NCBI GenBank assembly: GCA_964291265.2
Contig: OZ219747.1
Coordinates: 1,408,001-1,472,000 of the forward strand
Direction of reading: 5' to 3'
DNA from: Alphaproteobacteria bacterium
Lineage (GTDB): Bacteria; Pseudomonadota; Alphaproteobacteria; SP197
Length of the DNA stretch: 64,000 nt
The notes below the pieces were generated by a model that was not told the origin of the DNA, did not search any database, and worked only from the letters and a program-made list of their open reading frames with translations. Positions 1 through 15,739 of the stretch are shown here, piece by piece. Both the position numbers and the translations under genes were made by a program. The first letter of the stretch is position 1. Each line of letters opens with the position of its first letter.

Positions 1-222
1 CCTGTTCTCGTATTGCGCGATCGAACCGAGCGCAACGAGGGTGTTGAAGCCGGCTGCCTGGTCCGTGTCGGAACCAGACGCAGCGCGATTGTGGACGCTT
101 GCGAGCATCTCCTTGACGATGAGAAGGACTATGCACGAATCGCTGCTGCGCCCAACCCCTACGGTGACGGCAAGGCCGCGGCGCGAATCTGCGAGGTGTT
201 GGCAACTTGTCTGGGTACCTGA
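1..222 (+). CDS. wecB: UDP-N-acetylglucosamine 2-epimerase, C-terminal part (runs off the window edge)
   Basis: Frame reads PVLVLRDRTERNEGVEAG...NPYGDGKAAARI, the typical WecB C-terminus. Confidence 0.85.
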   Translation, partial: PVLVLRDRTERNEGVEAGCLVRVGTRRSAIVDACEHLLDDEKDYARIAAAPNPYGDGKAAARICEVLATCLGT

Positions 223-811
223 CGAAGAAGAGGCTGCGAACGACAGGGTTGGATGAAGCCCAAACCCCTTTCCCTTCGATCGCTGCGTGACGATCAGCCT
301 GTTGGCGGCCTTCCGCGGACACCATGATCAGGCCGCGGACCCCTGCAGTGAGCGTCGTTCATCCTCTCGCGGATGTTCGTGAAGGAGCCGATGAACCCCT
401 TGGCCCGGTGGTCGCCGAGGCAGGCACGAGATCAGGCCGCTGCGCCAGCGGGGATGTGACCCCGTTCCTGACCGGCTTACTTGGGCCCGAGCCTGCCGGC
501 ATGGCGCAGGGTGCGAAAACGTTCCGTGCCGGGCTTAGATGGTCGCCCGACGGGGCCTGCTTCCACGACACTCACCCCCCCTCCTGGTTGTTCATGCCTG
601 CGTCCATCCAGCCGGGTGGTCGCGTCATGACGGCAGATCTCTCTGCGAGGGGAGGACATGGCCTGGCACGGCGCGCCCGGGATCCGTGTTGTCGATCAGG
701 CCGGAAGACAAGCGTTTGCGCGATTCGCTCGCCGTCGATCCTGCCGAACGGGGTCATGACCTGCCGCTTCGCCATGCCGCCCGATCGAGGATGACGGGAA
801 TCCCGGGGCCG

Positions 812-1960
812 TCATGGATCGGCGGCCAGTTCCCGATAGACGTCGAGGGTGGCGTTGCACATGTTGCCGAGGGCAAAGTGCGATACCGCATGGGCCCTGG
901 CGATCGCCGCATGCCTGATGCGCGCCTCGGCGTCGAGATCGAGCGCCGTGGTCAGCGCCCCGGCGAGGGCGCTGGCGTCACCGGAAGGCGTCAGCCAGCC
1001 GGTGACGCCGTGGCGAACGGTCTCGCTGGTGGCGCCGGCATCGGAAGCGACCACGGGAACACCCATGGCCTGGGCCTCGACGGCGACGCGCCCGAAACCC
1101 TCCGGAACCAGGGAGGGCTGCACGACGACATCGGCGAGGCGGTAGGCTGCCGGCATGTCGTGACAGCTGTCGATGAGCGTCACCCGTCCCTCGAGCCCGG
1201 CCTCGAGAATGCGGTTCTCGATTTCCCGGCGCAGCGCCGGACGGGCGTCGGCCACACCCACCATCAGGCACATGGCGTCGCGGCGCAGCTGCCTCAGGGC
1301 GTCGATCATGACACGGTGACCCTTGAGCCGTGTCAGGCGTCCCGGAAACATGATGATGGGAACGCCGTCCGGCAGGTTCCAGTAGTCCGCCAGGGTGGTG
1401 ATGCGGTTGATGCTCACGGCCACCGGGTCGAACCGCGCCATGTCGATACCGCGGAAGATGCAGCGCAGGCGGCTCTCCGGCACGCGATACTCCTCGCGCA
1501 CGTGGCGGGCCACGTACCCGGAGATGGCGATCACCCGGTCGCCTCGCGCCATCACGGAGTTGTAGAACCGCTTGGCCCTGGAGTTGATGGCGTAGGGGGC
1601 ATGGAAGGTGGTGACGAGCGGCGTTCCCGTGCACCGCGCCGCGGCCAGCGCCGACCAGGCGGGCGCCCTGGAGCGGACATGGATCACGTTGACCTGATGG
1701 ATGCGGATCAGGCGGACAAGGCGCAAGGTGTTGAGGGCGATGGTCAGGGGGTTCTTGGAGGCGACGGGCATGGCGACATGAAGGGCCCTGGTGTGCAGCA
1801 GGTCAGGCACGAGCTCGCCTCCCTGGGAGGTGACGAGGGACTGCATGCCGGCGTCATTGAGCGCCCGGGAGATATCGATGACGGTGCGCTCGGCGCCACC
1901 GATCTTGAGTCGCGGAATGACCTGGAGAACGACAAGGGAGTCGCCTTGACGCGCTGTCAT
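812..1960 (-). CDS. Glycosyltransferase family 4 protein
   Basis: VLQVIP-GGAER N-terminus, HVRSRAPAW, PEGFGRVAVEAQAMG (GT-B E-x7-E motif). Confidence 0.9.
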   Translation of the reverse strand: MTARQGDSLVVLQVIPRLKIGGAERTVIDISRALNDAGMQSLVTSQGGELVPDLLHTRALHVAMPVASKNPLTIALNTLRLVRLIRIHQVNVIHVRSRAPAWSALAAARCTGTPLVTTFHAPYAINSRAKRFYNSVMARGDRVIAISGYVARHVREEYRVPESRLRCIFRGIDMARFDPVAVSINRITTLADYWNLPDGVPIIMFPGRLTRLKGHRVMIDALRQLRRDAMCLMVGVADARPALRREIENRILEAGLEGRVTLIDSCHDMPAAYRLADVVVQPSLVPEGFGRVAVEAQAMGVPVVASDAGATSETVRHGVTGWLTPSGDASALAGALTTALDLDAEARIRHAAIARAHAVSHFALGNMCNATLDVYRELAADP

Positions 1961-2007
1961 GATATGGGGATACCTGCCGCTTGCACCAAGCAACCATGAT
2001 ATAGGCC

Positions 2008-2778
2008 ATGGCGGACACGGATACGAGATGGCTCGAACGCGACGATGGGACAGTCCTCGCCTACACCCGCCGCGCCGGCGCCTGCCCGGGCGTGGTGTTT
2101 CTCGGCGGCTATTCCTCGGACATGACGGGGACGAAGGCGACGTGGCTCGATGAACGGTGTTGCCGCCGCGGACGTTCCTTCCTGCGCTTCGACTACAGTG
2201 GTCACGGCCAGTCGGCAGGCCGTTTCGAGGAGGGCACCATCGGCGCCTGGACCGCCGACGCCCTCGCCGTCCTCGATTGCCTCACCGAGGGGCCCCAGAT
2301 CCTGGTCGGCTCCAGCATGGGCGGCTGGATCATGCTGAACGTGGCCCTGGCGCGGCCCCGGCGCGTCGCCGCCCTTGTCGGCATCGCCGCCGCCCCCGAC
2401 TTCTCGCAGGACATCTTCTGGAGTCTCTCGGGCGAGGACCGCAGGCGCCTGCGGCGAGACGGCGTCATCACGGTCGAGGAAGGGGGCGGCAGCTACACGG
2501 TGAGCCATGGCTTCATCGAGGAGGCGCGCCGCCACCTTGTGATGCGCCGCTCCCTGGCCATCGACGTGCCGGTGCGGCTGCTCCATGGCATGAGGGATGG
2601 GTCGGTCGCGTGGTCGCTTGCCCTCGATCTCGCCGCCCGTCTGACGACGGATGACGTTCGCGTTCACCTGGTGAAGGACGGCGATCACCGGTTGTCGCGT
2701 GATGCGGATCTTGCGCTCCTCGGCCGCACGCTCGACGGGCTCGAGGACGCCGCCAGCGCTGCAAGCCCCTCGCGATAG
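2008..2778 (+). CDS. Alpha/beta hydrolase (ABHD10-like)
   Basis: RFDYSGHGQS, GSSMGG nucleophile elbow, KDGDHRLS catalytic His. Confidence 0.9.
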   Translation: MADTDTRWLERDDGTVLAYTRRAGACPGVVFLGGYSSDMTGTKATWLDERCCRRGRSFLRFDYSGHGQSAGRFEEGTIGAWTADALAVLDCLTEGPQILVGSSMGGWIMLNVALARPRRVAALVGIAAAPDFSQDIFWSLSGEDRRRLRRDGVITVEEGGGSYTVSHGFIEEARRHLVMRRSLAIDVPVRLLHGMRDGSVAWSLALDLAARLTTDDVRVHLVKDGDHRLSRDADLALLGRTLDGLEDAASAASPSR

Positions 2779-3596
2779 GAGGGATAGCGGAGACGAACGC
2801 CGAGTTCCTCCCTGATCCTGCGGTTGGAGACGCGCTTGTTGTCGGCATAGAAGCTTGCCGCCATGGCCGAGAGACCGGCCTCCGCCAGGGCCACCGGCGG
2901 CGGCGCCGCGACACCGAGGAGACGGCAGGCATGTTCGGTGACGATGGCCGGTGACTCCGGTTCATCGTCACACACGTTGTAGATGGCGCCCGGCGAGGGC
3001 CTGGCGATCGAGGCCTTCAGCGTGGCCACGATGTCGTCGACATGGATGCGCGAGAACACCTGCCCCGGCTTGATGACGCGCCGCGCCCTTCCGGCACGCA
3101 CCTGTTCGAGAACACCGCGGCCGGGCCCGTAGATTCCCGCCAGGCGGAAGACATGCACCGGAAGGCCGTAGCGTTCATGCATGATGAGCCAGGCCTGTTC
3201 CGCAGCCAGACGCCTTGCGCCGCGTTCGCTGGCCGGTGCCGCCTCGTCCGATTCGTCCACCCAGTCTCCCCCGCGGTCTCCGTAGACGCCCGTCGTCGAG
3301 AGATAGGCGAGCCAGCGCAGATCCTCCAGACGGGCAAGGGCGCCGGCGTGGCGGACCAGCGCCACGGGCGCCTCGCCGCGGACCGGCGGTATGGAATCGA
3401 CGATATGGGTGGCCTGCGACAGGAGGGACGCGGCCGCGTCGCTGCCGAACACCACCGCCTCGATTCCCTCACGGGCGAGGTCAGCGATCCGCGACGCTTG
3501 GCGCACGGTCCCGCAGACGTGCCAGCCCTCGTCCCGGAGTGCGAGGGCGAGGCGGCGGGCCGTGTACCCGAGGCCGAGGCAGAACAGTCTCGTCAT
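2685..3596 (-). CDS. SDR / NAD-dependent epimerase-dehydratase family protein
   Basis: GLGYTA Rossmann start, YLSTTGVYGD, RLAGIYGPGR, SRIHVDD; ATG overlaps the queG stop (ATGA). Confidence 0.85.
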   Translation of the reverse strand: MTRLFCLGLGYTARRLALALRDEGWHVCGTVRQASRIADLAREGIEAVVFGSDAAASLLSQATHIVDSIPPVRGEAPVALVRHAGALARLEDLRWLAYLSTTGVYGDRGGDWVDESDEAAPASERGARRLAAEQAWLIMHERYGLPVHVFRLAGIYGPGRGVLEQVRAGRARRVIKPGQVFSRIHVDDIVATLKASIARPSPGAIYNVCDDEPESPAIVTEHACRLLGVAAPPPVALAEAGLSAMAASFYADNKRVSNRRIREELGVRLRYPSYREGLAALAASSSPSSVRPRSARSASRDNR

Positions 3597-4720
3597 CGCC
3601 CGCCTGAACCCTCCCTCCACTCTCGTCGGACCTGGGGATCGTCCTCCGAAGCGAGATGGCGCGCCCTGGCGGCAACGAAATGCGCCGTCGGCGTCAGGCG
3701 GGAAAGGGCCCACACCGCCATGGCCCTGACCAGCGCCGAAGGATCCGCCAGCCTGCCCTCGACCACGGGGACAGCCGCGTCATCGCCGCTGTTGCCCAGG
3801 GCGATCATGACGTTGCGCACGAAGCGGTCGCGGCCCGTGCGCTTGACGGCGCTGGCCGTGAAGAGGGCGCGGAAGGCAGCGTCGTCGAGCGTGGCAAGGC
3901 TGGACAGCCGCGGCCGCGTGAGCTCGGGCCGCGGCAGGAAGTCCGCATCCCTGGCAACCCTGGCGAACTTGTTCCACGGGCAGACCGCAAGGCAGTCGTC
4001 GCAGCCGAAGATGCGGTTGCCGATGGCGGCGCGGAACTCCCGGTCGATGTGGCCCTTGTGCTCGATGGTGAGATAGGAAATGCAGCGCCGCGCATCGAGG
4101 CGCCAGGGTTGGGGGAAGGCATGGGTCGGACAGATGTCGAGGCACTTCCGGCAGGACCCGCAGTGGTCTGCATCGGCTTCGTCCGCCTCGAGTTCCGCCG
4201 TCGTGACGATGAGACCGAGGAAGAACCATGAGCCCAGCTGCCGCGATACCAGGTTGGTGTGTTTTCCCTGCCAGCCGATGCCGGCGCGGCCGGCCAGAGG
4301 CTTTTCCATGACGGGAGCGGTGTCGACAAGGACCCTCGCCTCGCAGGGAGTCTCGCGGACCAGCCATGCCGCCAGGGCCTTGAGGTGCCTCGAGACCACC
4401 CGGTGATAGTCCCGTGCCCGCGCATAGCACGAAATGACACCGTGTCTGCGTGCCTTGAGGTCGTCCAGGGGGCTGGTCTGCGGACCATAGTCCCTGGCGA
4501 CGGCAACGACGCTGCTGGCCCCGGGCAGGAGGGCCTGCGGGTCGGCGCGTCGTCCCGGTTGTCCGGCCAGCCACGCCATGTCGCCGTGAAAGCCAGCCTC
4601 GACGAAGCGCGCGATATCCTCGCGCCAGCGTGGATCGCCCGCCGCACTGGTGATGCCACAGGCCGCGAACCCGAGATCCCGGGCCCGCCGTTTGAGTTGA
4701 CCGGAAAGCGTCACCACCAC
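3593..4720 (-). CDS. queG: tRNA epoxyqueuosine(34) reductase
   Basis: DYH, VDTAPVMEK, CGSCRKCLDICPT and GCDDCLAVCPWN 4Fe-4S motifs; GTG start is approximate. Confidence 0.93.
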   Translation of the reverse strand: MVVTLSGQLKRRARDLGFAACGITSAAGDPRWREDIARFVEAGFHGDMAWLAGQPGRRADPQALLPGASSVVAVARDYGPQTSPLDDLKARRHGVISCYARARDYHRVVSRHLKALAAWLVRETPCEARVLVDTAPVMEKPLAGRAGIGWQGKHTNLVSRQLGSWFFLGLIVTTAELEADEADADHCGSCRKCLDICPTHAFPQPWRLDARRCISYLTIEHKGHIDREFRAAIGNRIFGCDDCLAVCPWNKFARVARDADFLPRPELTRPRLSSLATLDDAAFRALFTASAVKRTGRDRFVRNVMIALGNSGDDAAVPVVEGRLADPSALVRAMAVWALSRLTPTAHFVAARARHLASEDDPQVRREWREGSGGR

Positions 4721-4828
4721 GCCGCCTCGTCGCACCCGGCCCGGCGGTCCAGGGGCGGCGAGCCGGGCGCCGTCCATGGAGAGCCGCGGCCAGACGCTGC
4801 ACGCACAGGCGTGGAATGGCCCGCCCGT

Positions 4829-5503
4829 TCAGAAGTCCGGGTCGGCATAGTGATCGGCGGGCGGCATGCCGGCAAGGCGGTCCTGGAGGATCGGCCGGAA
4901 CGACGGCCGCGACTTGATCCTCGCGTACCATTCGCGGGTGGCCCGCGAGGAGGACCAGGGAACGTCGCCGACATAGTCGATGCAGGATATCTGCGAGGCC
5001 GCGGCGATGTCGGCGAGACTCAGGCGCTCGCCGGCGAGCCAGAAGCGCGTCGCCAGCACTGCGTCCATGTAGTGCAGGTGAGAACGCATGCTGCGGCGCG
5101 CCGCGGCGAGCACCGCGGAGTCGGGTTTGCCGCGCTTCTGGCGCCACTTGTGGACTTTCTCCCCGATGATCACGCGCGTGACTTCCCGGTGCATCTTCCT
5201 GTCGAACCAGGCGACAAGCCGGCGGGTTTCCGCCCTCTGCGCGGGATCGCAACCAAGGAGGTCCGGTTCCTTGCGGGTGTCCTGGATGAACTCGACAATC
5301 GCCTGGCTGTCGGCAAGGACGGCCCCGTCCTCGTCGACGAGGACGGGGACTTCGCCGGCCGGGTTGAGGGCGAGGAACTCCTTGCGCCGCTGCGAGACAT
5401 CCTCCAGGGTCAAGGAGAAGCACACCCCCATTTCGCCGAGAAACATCCTGACCTTGCGGCAGAACGGTGACATCGGGTCGTGGAACAGCTCAGGCAAGAC
5501 CAT
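4829..5503 (-). CDS. Glutathione S-transferase family protein (FzlA-like)
   Basis: SPFCRKVR, LNPAGEVPVL, WYARIKSRPSFRP, ends HYADPDF; lies upstream of queG as in other alphaproteobacteria. Confidence 0.88.
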   Translation of the reverse strand: MVLPELFHDPMSPFCRKVRMFLGEMGVCFSLTLEDVSQRRKEFLALNPAGEVPVLVDEDGAVLADSQAIVEFIQDTRKEPDLLGCDPAQRAETRRLVAWFDRKMHREVTRVIIGEKVHKWRQKRGKPDSAVLAAARRSMRSHLHYMDAVLATRFWLAGERLSLADIAAASQISCIDYVGDVPWSSSRATREWYARIKSRPSFRPILQDRLAGMPPADHYADPDF

Positions 5504-5573
5504 CCCCTCATGACGTGACCGGGGATCTTATGGACCGGCTTGCCGGGCCAAGACAACCGTTTCAGGGGCAGGT

Positions 5574-10087
<4,514 letters not shown>

Positions 10088-10091
<4 letters not shown>

Positions 10092-11479
10092 GGTCCGCTC
10101 AGCTCCTGGTGAATGGAATCGGCCGCCTGCCTCGCGTCGCGGATTGCCCACACCACCAGCGATGCGCCGCGTGCGATGTCGCCGGCGGCCCACACTCCAG
10201 GTACGCTGGTCCGGCCCGAGAGGCCGGTGGTCTTCACGGTGCCGTCGGCCTCGGTTTCAAGATCGTCGAGTGTGAACATCTCTGCGACCGGTTCGGGATC
10301 GAACCCCAGGGCCTTGAGCACCAGTGTCGCCTCGACACCGAAGCCCGTGTTCTCGACCGGCAGTGGCTGGCGGCGGCCGTCACTGTCCGCTTCGCCAAGG
10401 CGCATGCGCGACGCCTTCACCGTCGACACCCGGCCGTTGCCGGCAAAGGCCTGCGGAGCGGACAGGAACTCGAAGATGACCCCTTCCTCGATGGCGTAGC
10501 TCACTTCCCTCTGGCTGCCGGGCATGTTGTCCCGATCCCGGCGGTAGAGACAGGTGACGGCCCGGGCGCCCTGGCGCACGGCCGTGCGCACGCAGTCCAT
10601 TGCCGTGTCGCCGCCTCCAACGACAACGACGCGGTGTCCGGCGGCATCGGGGCCAGAGACCTCCAAGCCGAGGCCGCGGCGGTTGCTGGCGATGAGATAA
10701 TCGAGGGCGGGGACGACGCCTTCGAGTCCGACCCCGGGAGCCTGGATTTCGCGAGCCTTGTAGACACCGGTGGCAAGCAGCACCGCATCGTGGCTGGCGC
10801 GCAGGTCGGCGAAGGAGAGGTCGCGTCCGATGTCGGTCTCCTGATGGAAGATGACACCGCTTCCGAGGAGCAAGTCAATGCGGCGCGAGACCACGTGTTT
10901 CTCGAGCTTGAAGTCGGGGATGCCATACACCAGCAGGCCGCCGGCCCGGTCGTGCCGGTCATAGACCTCGACCCGGTATCCATGGCGCCGGAGCCTGTCG
11001 GCTGCCGCGAGTCCGGCCGGTCCGGCGCCGACGATGCCCACCGACTGGTCGCGTTCGCGCACCGGTGCGGGGCCATGCACCCAGCCATTGTCGAAGGCCG
11101 TCTCGGTGATGAAGCGTTCGATGGTGCCGATGGTGACCGACTCGAACCCCTTCTCGATCACGCAGTTTCCCTCGCACAGCCGGTCGTGAGGGCAGATGCG
11201 GCCACAGATCTCCGGGAACGTGTTGGTGGCCGAAGAGATCGCGTAGGCCTCCTCGAGCCGGCCCTCGGCGGCCAGCGCCAGCCAGTCGGGGATGTTGTTG
11301 TGGAGGGGGCAGTGAATCTGGCAGAACGGGACGCCGCACTGCGAACAGCGCGAGGCCTGGGTGACGGCGCTGTCGGAGACGAACTCGTCGTAGATTTCGC
11401 GAAAGTCGCGACGGCGCTCCCCGGCGAGACGCCTGTAGGGCCGCTGTTGCGGCACGTCGACAAAGTAAAGAAGGGTCAT
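10088..11479 (-). CDS. gltD: Glutamate synthase small subunit
   Basis: CSQCGVPFCQIHCP, GAGPAG, GGGDTAMDC, AAGD-RGASLVVWAI. Confidence 0.96.
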
Positions 11480-11771
11480 GACGCCTGAGGTGGGAAGATA
11501 GGTCAGCTACAATGCCATAACTTTGCACTGCAGTCACTCATTCTTTTGCGATCGGAACGCCGGGAGCGTACAACGGGATTGTTATAGTCAGCCTTGCTGA
11601 CCTTTATGTGGTGCTCGTCTTTCCCTATGCTGAACCATGCCGGGCAAGAACCCCATGATCCTGGTGCTGCGGCGGCCATGCCGTGCTTGATCCGATGTCA
11701 TCGCCCCGGGCGCGCCATGGAACGTCCATGACCGGCCCTGCCAACCGGCGGCCGCTTCAGGTGCGTGAGCC

Positions 11772-12548
11772 ATGACCTGGCTGCAGCTGGCCGTGCTGGC
11801 CCTTGTCCAGGGCGTCACCGAGTTCCTTCCGGTGAGTTCGTCAGGACATCTGGTGCTGACCTCGAATGTGCTCGACTGGCCGGACCAGGGGCTGAAGATC
11901 GACATCGCCGTCCACGGCGGCACCCTGCTGGCGGTCATCATCTACTTCCGCAAGGAGATTGTCCGCCTCCTCAGGGGCAGGGACGCTGCCGACCGCCGTC
12001 TCCTGGCTCTCATCATCCTGGCGACGGTGCCGGTGGGCGGAGCGGGTTTCGTCCTCCATGCCACGGGTACGGACGTGCTGCGTGATCCGGTGCTCATTGC
12101 CTGGACGACCCTTGGGTTCGGGCTTCTTCTCCTCGTGGCCGACAGGTTCGCTGGCGCGGCGCGTTCGCTCGCAGACCTCTCGTGGCGTGGCGCCCTGATG
12201 ATCGGCATCTTCCAGGTGGCCGCCCTTGTTCCCGGGACGAGCCGCGCCGGGATCACCATCACGGCGGCCCGTTTTCTGGGCTGTCGGCGGTCGGACTGCG
12301 CGACCTTCTCGATGCTGCTCTCCATTCCGGTGATCGGCGCCGCCGTGCTGCTGGCGGCCGGCGACATGGCCGCATCGGGCGACACGTCCCTGCGAGGCCC
12401 GTCGCTGGTGGCGGCCGCCCTCTCGTTCGGCGCCGCCCTCATCACCATCCGTCTCTTCATGGCGTGGCTGGCGCGAGCCTCCTTCACCCCCTTCGTCATC
12501 TACCGCGTGTGTCTCGCCGCCCTGCTTCTGGCCTGGCTCCACCTGTAG
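11772..12548 (+). CDS. uppP: Undecaprenyl-diphosphate phosphatase
   Basis: QGVTEFLPVSSSGH and PGTSRAG motifs; hydrophobic. Confidence 0.95.
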   Translation: MTWLQLAVLALVQGVTEFLPVSSSGHLVLTSNVLDWPDQGLKIDIAVHGGTLLAVIIYFRKEIVRLLRGRDAADRRLLALIILATVPVGGAGFVLHATGTDVLRDPVLIAWTTLGFGLLLLVADRFAGAARSLADLSWRGALMIGIFQVAALVPGTSRAGITITAARFLGCRRSDCATFSMLLSIPVIGAAVLLAAGDMAASGDTSLRGPSLVAAALSFGAALITIRLFMAWLARASFTPFVIYRVCLAALLLAWLHL

Positions 12549-12968
12549 TCCCGGAGAACCCGCTGCGGCTCGAGGCCGCGCAAAGACCTGGCATCACTCC
12601 GAATCGGCCGCCCCGGACACCTGGTTCGATGGCGTCCCTGTGACCGGATCCGATGCCCGGTCATGGCGGCGCCCGCAAGTGCCCCTACCGGTTCCCCCTC
12701 AGACATCCTGACATGCTTCCCCGGGAGATCGGGCGAGGATGCCTGAAACGTCAAGAGCACCGCTGCCGTTGACAGACGAACGCAACCGGACCGGGACCGT
12801 CCATCCGGGAACACACTCCGCCGTCTGCGACATCGACGGCGCAACACTCCGGAACCGTCTTGCCTGACCCTGGACGATACCAGGATGACTGCGTTCAGGC
12901 CGATGGGCGACATCTTCGCATCACCGTCTGCCAGCCCCGCGTCGCGACAGCCGGGTTCGATCTGAAGC

Positions 12969-13916
12969 TCAAGGCCCTTGCTCCGGAGCGCTGCCGCCGC
13001 GGCGGTAGAGTGTGAGATAGGATGGCACCACCAGTTCGAGGGCGGTGGCCTCGATGCCGAGGTCCTTCAGGGTGGCGGCATCCGAAGCCACCACGTTGTC
13101 GTGTTCGAGAAGCAGAGCCTGATCGTGCGTCAACGGCGGCTGCGGCAGGAGCTGGAAGAGGCGTCCCGCGAGGCGCGCGGCGGCGAAGGGCAACGGCAGG
13201 AGCACGACATGCCTGCGGGTCTCGCGGCGTATGAATTCCATGAGATGGCGGAAGGTCGAGACCACGGGGCCGCCAAGTTCGAAGGTTCGTCCCCGGGCAT
13301 CGTCATCGCCGAGCGCGGCGACGATCGCTGCCGCGACATCGTTGACATAGACCGGTTGGAACCGTGTCGCACCGCCGCCGAAGAGAGGGATGACAGGGGA
13401 GCGGGCCGCCATGCGGCCGAACAGATTGAAGAAGCCGTCTTCCGGTCCGAAGACGATACTGGGACGCAGAATGACCGCATGGGGCAGGGCCGTCCTCACA
13501 GCGTTCTCTCCCGAGGCCTTCGAGCGGGCATAGGAGGATCGTGCCCGGTCCGAGGCGCCAATGGCCGAGACATGGACCATGGAGCGCACCCCTGCCGCCG
13601 CCGCCGCCCGGGCAACGTCGCCGGCGCTCTCGCCATGCAGCCTGGCAAAGGTGCGCTGACCTCTTTCGCGGAGTATGCCGACCAGGTTGACCACCGCGTC
13701 GCTTCCTTCGATGCGCTCTCTGACCTGGCGTGCATCGGTGACATCGGTGGCGACGGATACGATCTGCCCGACCTCTCCGGCTGTCTGCAGAAAGGCGGCC
13801 CTGCCTGGCCGGCGCACGGCAACGATGACCCGCCAGCCACGGGCGGCCAGTCGGCGGACGGCATAGCGCCCGATGAAACCGGAACCGCCGAAGACAACAA
13901 CCGTCCCAACAGCCAT
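12969..13916 (-). CDS. Complex I NDUFA9-like NAD-dependent epimerase
   Basis: VFGGSGFIGRY, VVNLVGIL, SYARSKA, FQPVYVNDVA. Confidence 0.9.
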   Translation of the reverse strand: MAVGTVVVFGGSGFIGRYAVRRLAARGWRVIVAVRRPGRAAFLQTAGEVGQIVSVATDVTDARQVRERIEGSDAVVNLVGILRERGQRTFARLHGESAGDVARAAAAAGVRSMVHVSAIGASDRARSSYARSKASGENAVRTALPHAVILRPSIVFGPEDGFFNLFGRMAARSPVIPLFGGGATRFQPVYVNDVAAAIVAALGDDDARGRTFELGGPVVSTFRHLMEFIRRETRRHVVLLPLPFAAARLAGRLFQLLPQPPLTHDQALLLEHDNVVASDAATLKDLGIEATALELVVPSYLTLYRRGGSAPEQGP

Positions 13917-13993
13917 GAAGACCTCCAGCAAGACCGGTTGCGGATGATTGAACTTCGAGGGCAGGGCGTCAATTGCCAACAGGGTGTTGCCAC

Positions 13994-14023
13994 TTGACAG
14001 GTTTCCCCTGTGCCCACTAGGAG
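13994..14023 (+). promoter_or_regulatory. Putative sigma70 promoter for tRNA-Leu
   Basis: TTGACA at 13994-13999; weak -10 (TAGGAG) just upstream of the tRNA. Confidence 0.4.
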
Positions 14024-14032
14024 AGGCGTCGT

Positions 14033-14119
14033 GCCCAGGTGGCGGAATTGGTAGACGCGCAGGTTTCAGGTACCTGTGGGGGAGACCCCGTGGAAGTTCG
14101 AGTCTTCTCCTGGGCACCA
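14033..14119 (+). tRNA. tRNA-Leu(CAG)
   Basis: GCCCAGG/CCTGGGC acceptor stem, anticodon arm CAGGT-TTCAGGT-ACCTG, long variable arm, GTTCGAG T loop, CCA end. Confidence 0.97.
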
Positions 14120-14245
14120 GCGCCACCCGACCTTGTTCCGGCAGGCCGGTGCGGTTAGCCTTCGCGGTCCCTGTCGTCCTTCAATCCGGGGTCTCTCCGG
14201 GTTCGCAGGCGTGACGGCCCAACCTTCTTCCACCCCGGCTTGCGC

Positions 14246-14857
14246 ATGGCCAACCTTCTTTATCAGGGAGATCTTCCCTCCGGCCTTGAACTCGGGGCCA
14301 CGGTCGCTGTCGATTCCGAGACCATGGGCCTCAAGCCCTTCCGTGACCGTCTTTGCCTCGTCCAGCTTTCCGGTGGTGACGGCAATGCCCATCTCGTGCA
14401 GTTCTCCAGGGACGATCTCGCGGCGCCGCGGCTGCGCGCCCTCCTGACGGACCCGGACACCCTGAAGGTCTTTCACTTCGCCCGGTTCGATCTTGCGGCA
14501 ATCCGCCACCACATGGGTATCGTCGTGTCGCCCGTCTACTGCACCAAGATTGCGTCCCGCCTGGTGCGAACCTTTGCCGAGCGGCACGGCCTCAAGGACC
14601 TGTGCAAGGAACTCCTCGGAGTCGACATCTCCAAACAGATGCAGAGCAGCGACTGGGGGGCGGGAGAACTCTCGAACCGGCAGCTTGACTATGCTGCTGC
14701 GGATGTTCTCCACCTGCATCGGCTGAAGGCGGAGCTCGATCGCCGCCTGGAGCGCGAGGGACGCACGGAACTGGCCGAGGCCCTGTTCCGCTTTCTCCCG
14801 ACCCGCGCCGAGCTCGATCTTCTGGGCTGGAACGATCCGGATATCTTGGACCACTGA
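14246..14857 (+). CDS. rnd: Ribonuclease D-like 3'-5' exonuclease
   Basis: AVDSET, RLCLVQL, FHFARFD, SDWG, YAAADV (DEDDy motifs). Confidence 0.88.
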   Translation: MANLLYQGDLPSGLELGATVAVDSETMGLKPFRDRLCLVQLSGGDGNAHLVQFSRDDLAAPRLRALLTDPDTLKVFHFARFDLAAIRHHMGIVVSPVYCTKIASRLVRTFAERHGLKDLCKELLGVDISKQMQSSDWGAGELSNRQLDYAAADVLHLHRLKAELDRRLEREGRTELAEALFRFLPTRAELDLLGWNDPDILDH

Positions 14858-14861
14858 TCCG

Positions 14862-15512
14862 ATGGCCCACCCGCCTGCAGACGGCCTCGCTCCCGAAGAC
14901 GTTCTGCCGCATCCCCGGCACCGCTCCCTGCTGCGCTACACGCGCATCGTCCGCCTGCTGCGCTGGCTGTTGCCGTTGTGTGCTCTGGCCCTGGCGGCCT
15001 TTCTGCTGCTGTGGCCGACCTTCAACATCATCGAGCTGCCCGATGTCATCCCGATCCGTGGACTTGAACAACCGACAGCCGAGCGCTCGACCATGACCAA
15101 CGTCAGGTTCCTTGGAACGGACAGCGACGGCCGGCCCTTCACCATCAACGCCGAAAGGGCCTGGCATGATTCGGACAGGGGCGAAACGGTGTTTCTCGAG
15201 GGCGTGAGCGGTTCCATTGCGATCGGCGAAGGGCAATGGACGTCCTTGCGGGCCGACAGCGGTTACTTTGGACAGGAGCCCCAGGTGCTCACCCTTGAAT
15301 CCTCCGTTCAGGTCACGTCAAGCGGTGGATATCGCCTGGAAAGCGAGCGCGTTCTCATCGACATGAAGAAGGGGACGGCGCGCAGTGATGCCATGATCAG
15401 GGGCACCGGTCCGTCGGGAGGTCTCGAGGCGGAGGGTTTCGAGGTCAACGACCATGGCGGGAAGTTCACGTTTTCCGGCAACGTGCAGGTTGTCCTCAAT
15501 CCAGAGGACTGA
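14862..15512 (+). CDS. lptC: LPS export ABC transporter periplasmic protein LptC
   Basis: One N-terminal TM helix, then beta-jellyroll-like sequence; upstream of lptAB. Confidence 0.8.
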   Translation: MAHPPADGLAPEDVLPHPRHRSLLRYTRIVRLLRWLLPLCALALAAFLLLWPTFNIIELPDVIPIRGLEQPTAERSTMTNVRFLGTDSDGRPFTINAERAWHDSDRGETVFLEGVSGSIAIGEGQWTSLRADSGYFGQEPQVLTLESSVQVTSSGGYRLESERVLIDMKKGTARSDAMIRGTGPSGGLEAEGFEVNDHGGKFTFSGNVQVVLNPED

Positions 15513-15739
15513 CAGGTGCCGATGCGGCATTGGAGGATCGGCGTCAGGATCGCGGTCGAGTGCCTGTTGAAGCATCAACGATCATCCAGGCAGGATGCAC
15601 AGGATGGAGGCACATGCACGGATGGTGGTTTTGGCCAGTTTCCACTATACCTTGAGGCAGTGTTCTCCTTCGGGGTGTCCGTGAGCATGCATCACGCATC
15701 CTGGACCATACCCTCCGGTGTTCAACTCGAGAGCCTTCC

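Noticed and set aside
2685-2778. 94-bp convergent overlap between the hydrolase and SDR genes as antisense regulation
   Set aside because: The low-complexity tails suggest simple stop-codon drift.
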